Source: an uncultured Acidimicrobiia bacterium (GTDB lineage Bacteria; Acidobacteriota; Terriglobia; Versatilivoradales; Versatilivoraceae). Taken from it: a stretch of DNA of 64,000 bases. The stretch lies in contig CAWBAT010000005.1 of the NCBI GenBank assembly GCA_963786955.1, forward strand, positions 576,001 to 640,000, in the 5' to 3' direction. Position numbers and translations under genes: made by a program. The notes beneath the pieces were generated by a model that saw nothing but the letters and a program-made list of their open reading frames with translations, was not told the DNA's origin and made no database searches. The first letter of the stretch is position 1. Each line of letters opens with the position of its first letter. Below, piece after piece: positions 59,009 to 64,000 of the stretch.

Positions 59009-59443
59009 TTACTTCACTGGTGGCAAAATTATTTCGTATTGAGACTGGAGGAAAGCCACCAAATTGATCATCTGGCGAACGGTCATGACTTGAGTGTAGT
59101 CCGTCATCCGGGACTTTCCATCAACCGAAATCAACTCTTTCTTATAACCCTTGGCTAAGCGGTGAGAAGGATTAATGATCGAGGTCACCAGCTCTCCGTA
59201 GGTCTTTACATTGCGCACTTGCCCTCCCAGATTGACCACCACTGGAGGAACCACTTCCAGAGGAGGCAGTTCAACTCCTGCCACCGTATGGCAAAAATTG
59301 CATTTTAGCTCCACAAAGGCTGCTTTCCCCTCTTCGATGTCGCCGTTTGGCAACCGGAAGCCCATTGATGACTTAGGCCCGGCATCGCATGCCGCCATTG
59401 ACAGTGCGAAGAATACGGGGACGATGGCCATCAATATTTTCAT
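59009..59443 (-). CDS. monoheme c-type cytochrome (probable lipoprotein), paralogue
   Basis: MAAC lipobox; CNFCH; TSIINPSH; SRM. Confidence 0.85.
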   Translation of the reverse strand: MKILMAIVPVFFALSMAACDAGPKSSMGFRLPNGDIEEGKAAFVELKCNFCHTVAGVELPPLEVVPPVVVNLGGQVRNVKTYGELVTSIINPSHRLAKGYKKELISVDGKSRMTDYTQVMTVRQMINLVAFLQSQYEIILPPVK

Positions 59444-59917
59444 CGCTAACCTCCTTCATTCCTCCTTCCCCTGCAACACATCCGATCAACCTTCTTGGTT
59501 TGGGTATTCAAATTGGGTATGGTCTCGCAGGATGCATCATGAAGCTCTGCCCAAAGCACCTTCCTCCTCAATTGCATGATCCCTACCAAACTTAGAAGTC
59601 CGCCAATCTCCCCCCTACAGATCAAAAAAAGGCGCAAGATGAAGGATTTGCATCTTCATTGGCCCTCGTCTGCTCCTGGGAATTCTCCCGTAATGATGGG
59701 GGGAGGGAGGACGGTGAAAGGGGAATGTGGCTAAAGACCCGTGGCTGGGTGAAATAATCCGATCGACACCAAATCCCTACTGCTCAGGCTTGCGTGAAAT
59801 TGCTAAGATAATCAATGAGTGAGCCGACGGCTCGTCAAAATTATTTCATGGCACGTACCTTGCTGCATCTTATGAGAACTGCTCGTTGCCGACCATCGAC
59901 CTAAAGAGGAGCTCATC

Positions 59918-60889
59918 ATGAATAGACGGAATTTCCTGAAAGGAGTCCCCCCACTGACAGCGTTGTTAGGTGTATTTCCGGCATCCCTTTCCGCTATCGA
60001 GCGAGAAGAAACTCCAGGGAAACTGGAACGCCGTTCCCTGGGTCGCACCGGTGAGAAGCTCTCAATTCTTGGCTTTGGAGGCATTGTTGTCATGAATGCC
60101 ACTCCTCAGGAAGCATCCCGACGCGTCGGCGAAGCCATTGATGCTGGTATCAACTACTTTGACGTAGCCCCAAGTTACGGCAACGCAGAGGAGAGGCTGG
60201 GCCCTGCACTGGAAACTTACCGAAAAAATGTATTTGTCGCCTGCAAGACGACCCAACGCAGCAAAGCGGGTGCTGCGGCAGAGCTTGAAAACTCCTTAAA
60301 GAAGATGCGAACCGATCATTTTAACCTGTACCAGCTTCATGCGGTCGCTAAACTCGAGGAGGTCGAACAAATCCTCAAGCCTGGTGGTGCGTTGGAGGCT
60401 TTCTTGGAAGCGAAGAAAGCTGGGAAAATTCATTTCATTGGCTTTTCAGCGCATTCTGTGGAAGCTGCTTTAGCCCTAATGGATCGATTCGAGTTTGACA
60501 CGATCCTGTTTCCAATTAACTTTGCAACCTGGTATGCCGGGAATTTCGGCCCTCAAGTGCTGGCAAAAGCTCAGGAGAAGAAAATGGGGATTCTGGCATT
60601 GAAGGCAATGGCCAATCGGCCTTGGCCTGAGGGGGCAACAAAGACCTTTTCGAAGTGCTGGTACGAACCCCTCTCGGAACCCTCTGAGGCAATGCTTGGA
60701 CTGCGTTTTACGCTCTCCCATCCCATTACGGCGGCGATACCTCCTGGAGATGAAAATCTGTTCCGGATGGCTCTGCAATTGGCAGCCAGCTTCACCCCAC
60801 TGTCTCCCTCAGAAGCAGAGAAACTTAAACAAAAAGGGATGAAGTCGGAGCCCATATTCAAGTATCCACAGCCGGGAGTAAATGCTTGA
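59918..60889 (+). CDS. aldo/keto reductase with twin-arginine N-terminus
   Basis: MNRRNFL; GINYFDVAPSYG, LYQLH, IGFSAH. Confidence 0.9.
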   Translation: MNRRNFLKGVPPLTALLGVFPASLSAIEREETPGKLERRSLGRTGEKLSILGFGGIVVMNATPQEASRRVGEAIDAGINYFDVAPSYGNAEERLGPALETYRKNVFVACKTTQRSKAGAAAELENSLKKMRTDHFNLYQLHAVAKLEEVEQILKPGGALEAFLEAKKAGKIHFIGFSAHSVEAALALMDRFEFDTILFPINFATWYAGNFGPQVLAKAQEKKMGILALKAMANRPWPEGATKTFSKCWYEPLSEPSEAMLGLRFTLSHPITAAIPPGDENLFRMALQLAASFTPLSPSEAEKLKQKGMKSEPIFKYPQPGVNA

Positions 60890-60966
60890 TGTAAAACATT
60901 CGGTTGACTCAACCCCTGTGCCTTTCCTATGGAGTCGCTGGAAACGATTGATCCAGGAGGTGGCGT

Positions 60967-61164
60967 ATGATCAACCTGGAGTTATCAGAAGAAGAACAAC
61001 TAACACTGATCATTGTTCTTGAGGAGAGTATTTCAGACCTTAGAGGAGAGATTGTCCATACGGAAAGAATGGACTTCAAAGAGGATTTGAAACGGAAAAG
61101 AACGACCCTGGCTCATGTCTTGCAGATGCTAAAGGGCGTGGCCGCAAGCTCAGCCACTACCTAA
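60967..61164 (+). CDS. small helical hypothetical protein
   Basis: AGGAGG RBS; LEESISDLRGEIVHT motif; stop supplied by the MITE edge. Confidence 0.65.
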   Translation: MINLELSEEEQLTLIIVLEESISDLRGEIVHTERMDFKEDLKRKRTTLAHVLQMLKGVAASSATT

Positions 61165-61292
61165 GTACTGCTATTCGTAAATACGGTGACGTTAACGCCG
61201 GGTCGGTGACCCGGCCTACAACTTTGTAGGCCGCGTGACCCCACGCGGCGCCTAAACTCAGGAACGCCACCGTATTTATGAAATGCAGTACT
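61164..61292. mobile_element. MITE with 30-bp inverted repeats enclosing a REP doublet
   Basis: arms 61164-61193 and 61263-61292 match at 26/30; CTAAG at both ends; internal GCCGGGTC..GACCCGGCCTAC / GTAGGCCGCG..CGCGGC. Confidence 0.8.
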
Positions 61293-61830
61293 AAGTTAGT
61301 TTCGGCGTCCAGATCGAACAGTTCTTTACCGTTACTGAATAAGTTCGTCGCTCTTTGACTATTGCTCCATATGCACTCGCTTCGTAACTCCAAAGAGGAC
61401 TGATTGCCCTTACCTAAATGGAACGGATTCATGACTTCCTGAAGGAAGATGATTCCCGAAGAATGATGGATCTGCAACCACTCCGGGCTATCAAACAGTG
61501 GCTCGGCCATCACTCGCCTAAACAATTCTGAAACTTCATTGGAACCCGCTCTACGTTCCAACACACCGTTGACAATAGAGGTGACGTTGGAATACCACGT
61601 CTTTCCCCTAAGCCTAGCTGCGGCGCGATGAGCTAGATTTCTTCCCTTTTGGAAACCGAAGTGCTTTGCGCTATTCAGCTAAGAGGTCTCGTCAAAGAGA
61701 GGATAAATTAAGAGGGGAAATTTACATGAAAGGAGGAGGTCGACAGCTTTGGCGCGCCTGAAGAATTTAGGGCCGTAAAAGGACGGGGCCGTTTTTCGAA
61801 GCAGCGCTGAAAACTGAAGGCTAAGAGGAT

Positions 61831-62916
61831 ATGGCCACCAAGAATTTGAACTACGATAGACTCAAATTCCTTTTCCTGTTAATGATGTTGCTGGCTCTGG
61901 CTCTCTCTTGGGTTGGGATGAGAGATATTCCAACAATGCCCTTTTCAGGATATCAGGTGAGCTCGGACTACCGGGTGGTTCAGCTGAACCCAAGCGGTCC
62001 AGCTGCCCTCTCAGGAATGAGGCTCGACGACAAAGTCACTGAGGTCAACGGAATCCAGACCGAAAGACTGTATCAGATCTGGCGTCAACCCGAGCCGATG
62101 ATTGGAGATACTGTGAGTTTAAAAGTTAGGCGGGCCGACACCGAGTTTGCGATCACTTTCAAACTGTTCCCTTTACCGGCGCAACAGGCAACCCTGACTT
62201 GGATTTATCAAATTACGGCGGTTTTCATGCTAGTCGGAGGTCTCTTGGTTTTCTGGAGGAAGCCCAGGAAGGAAACTTTGCTGTTTTATTTGAGCAGCAC
62301 CTTCATCGCCCTCGGTTTGATGACTCCTCCTCATCTGAAGTCCTTCTTCCTCCGCGATCTGGTAGCGCTAAATTCCTTGCTCTTCTTGCTCCTCGGGCTG
62401 GCGTTCTTTCTCCATTTAACCATCATTTTCCCAAGACCTAAATTGTCTGTGCTAGAGACTCCTGTTGAGATCTTCATTTACTTGCCGGTACCCGTCATGG
62501 TGTTTCTCTACTTGGCTCTTGGCCTGTTCCAGCCATGGGAAAATCTTCGGTTGAATCAGACACTCCATTATGTTTTCGGGTTATGCGTCCTATATTGCCT
62601 GGGACTAGCCCTGGCAGCAGTTGTTCATAGCTTCTGGAAAGCAAGATCGACACCACAGCAATGGAACTGGCTGCTGGTAGGCTCGCTTTTGGGCCTCTTA
62701 CCTCCGGCCCTATTGGTGTTCAGAAATAGCTTTCTCCCGAACCTGCCTCTCCCGGGAAGCTCTTTTTACACCCTGATGATCTTGCTTACCTACTTTACTT
62801 TCAGCTGGGCGCTCTTAAGAGAGGAACCGAAGACAGGATTCAGATCTATTCATGAAAGCGGCTTAGAGTCAGATGAGAAGGCCTGGCTCTACGCTACTTG
62901 GGAAAGGGGCAGGTAG
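61831..62916 (+). CDS. PDZ-domain multi-TM membrane protein
   Basis: TM, then PSGPAALSGMRLDDKVTEVNG (PDZ), then about 7 TM helices. Confidence 0.78.
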   Translation: MATKNLNYDRLKFLFLLMMLLALALSWVGMRDIPTMPFSGYQVSSDYRVVQLNPSGPAALSGMRLDDKVTEVNGIQTERLYQIWRQPEPMIGDTVSLKVRRADTEFAITFKLFPLPAQQATLTWIYQITAVFMLVGGLLVFWRKPRKETLLFYLSSTFIALGLMTPPHLKSFFLRDLVALNSLLFLLLGLAFFLHLTIIFPRPKLSVLETPVEIFIYLPVPVMVFLYLALGLFQPWENLRLNQTLHYVFGLCVLYCLGLALAAVVHSFWKARSTPQQWNWLLVGSLLGLLPPALLVFRNSFLPNLPLPGSSFYTLMILLTYFTFSWALLREEPKTGFRSIHESGLESDEKAWLYATWERGR

Positions 62917-62978
62917 AGCTTCAGTTCTCACTACGACTGGCACATAGAAAATAATCGCATATGCGCACCGGCCTTTCA

Positions 62979-64000
62979 TCATAATGCTCCGACCAACGCT
63001 TCAACTGCGGCAGCTTTTCGTGCGGAGGTTCGCAACATTGCCCCAATGCCTTCACACTCTTTGAGTCTGGCGGCAGCCACCTCACGGACACATTTTGCTT
63101 TGCCTTCATTTCGGAACACCCGATGAATCAACAATTCGAGCAGATCGGAAACGGGGGTGAGTGTTAGATGACAGGCGTTACAGGAAGTCTGCCGCTCCCG
63201 GAAGAGTCTATTACAGCCTGGGCATTGCTTTCCCGGTAGGACTATTCCTGCACCATAAACGAGATTCCAGATCATATCCCGGTCAAGAGCTTTCAAGATT
63301 TCTGCCAATCCAACGACCGCCCCAGCTTGTTTCGAAGCCGCAACCTGTATCTTTTCAACCAGTATGGTTTCTTCTTTCCGGAGAGTTTCGCAGATGACTC
63401 TTGCGGTTGTCTCCAGCACCAAAGCGGTATCGGCCTGAACTGGAAGGGCAACCGGATCCGCAGCGATATTGGCTAAGCGTTTCGGGAGTAGTCGTTGCAT
63501 ATAACCAACAACCTCTGAAGGGCCCCCCAGAATGAGATAATGATACGGATGAGAATCAAGCATGCGATCCGCAAATTCCACTACTTCCTTCAAATGCCAA
63601 TGAGCATGGACCTCGGCTTTCCTTTGAAAATTCATTTGAGACCGGATATGGTCAGAACCCGACTTTTTAGAGTGTTTTACATTCGCTTCTGACACAGTGC
63701 TAAAATGCATTTCGGCTTCACCCTGGACGATTCTCAAGATCCTTCCCTGATGCCGATCAACCAGCACGACGAGATAAGGTTGACCTTCATCCAGAGCCTC
63801 TAATAGAGGACGCAAATAGGGTTCAACACCCCAAAAAACATTGTTGTGTAAAGGCAAATGGAGGCTCCAGGACCCAAGGGGTTTGCCCATCCCGTCCGAG
63901 AAATAGACCAAGCTTCGAGCCGTGGGTTGATAGTTCGAGACAAAACTCTGGATGATTTTTGTCTGATGCAGAAAGTCCTGTCGCTCCTGGCCGGGTTGGA
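62979..64000 (-). CDS. bacterial archaeo-eukaryotic release factor (baeRF)-like protein, 5' part outside window
   Basis: PYLRPL, VVLVD, LILGG, AVVGL, CPGC/CNAC zinc ribbon, GIGAMLR eRF1-like end. Confidence 0.78.
   Translation of the reverse strand, partial: QPGQERQDFLHQTKIIQSFVSNYQPTARSLVYFSDGMGKPLGSWSLHLPLHNNVFWGVEPYLRPLLEALDEGQPYLVVLVDRHQGRILRIVQGEAEMHFSTVSEANVKHSKKSGSDHIRSQMNFQRKAEVHAHWHLKEVVEFADRMLDSHPYHYLILGGPSEVVGYMQRLLPKRLANIAADPVALPVQADTALVLETTARVICETLRKEETILVEKIQVAASKQAGAVVGLAEILKALDRDMIWNLVYGAGIVLPGKQCPGCNRLFRERQTSCNACHLTLTPVSDLLELLIHRVFRNEGKAKCVREVAAARLKECEGIGAMLRTSARKAAAVEALVGAL

Noticed and set aside
58534-59443. Sox sulfur oxidation locus
   Set aside because: No soxA, soxB, soxY or soxZ nearby
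61157-61564. 135-aa minus-strand ORF as a real gene
   Set aside because: No recognisable motif, and its last third is translated MITE sequence
1-64000. CRISPR array, tRNA or rRNA
   Set aside because: No regularly spaced direct repeats with unique spacers, no cas genes and no recognisable tRNA or rRNA motifs

Overview
Bacterial chromosomal window, most consistent with an Acidobacteriota genome (inferred from the planctomycete-type DUF1501/DUF1553 operon, carboxypeptidase-domain TonB receptor, ECF-DUF4252 locus and many Tat substrates). Several single-base frameshifts in homopolymers suggest a long-read assembly. The first 8.2 kb holds a decayed integron that the ORF track misses: an IntI N-terminal pseudogene (3088-3300, minus strand), a divergent attI-like site, several attC-like sites and typical small cassette genes. 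Two inverted copies of a MITE then bracket four genes. At 22.8-31.6 kb is an uncharacterised exported operon (cytochrome c/WD40, PPC-domain, DUF1549/DUF1553, DUF1501). It is interrupted by a GxxExxY nuclease element bounded by a perfect 18-bp inverted repeat, apparently inserted in the signal-peptide coding region of the PPC gene. Further on are a glutathione-independent formaldehyde dehydrogenase, a cluster of secreted proteins (OmpA remnant, RCC1 propeller, two mosaic paralogues), a split selenocysteine formate dehydrogenase with a clear SECIS, glpX, an orphan PglF/DegT pair, a TonB receptor, a HOD/AqdC-like quinolone dioxygenase, tandem c-type cytochromes and a baeRF-type release factor homologue. 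Intergenic DNA carries many REP/REPIN, MITE and heptamer repeats. No rRNA, tRNA or CRISPR array was seen. All assignments come from reading motifs by eye; no database search was run.
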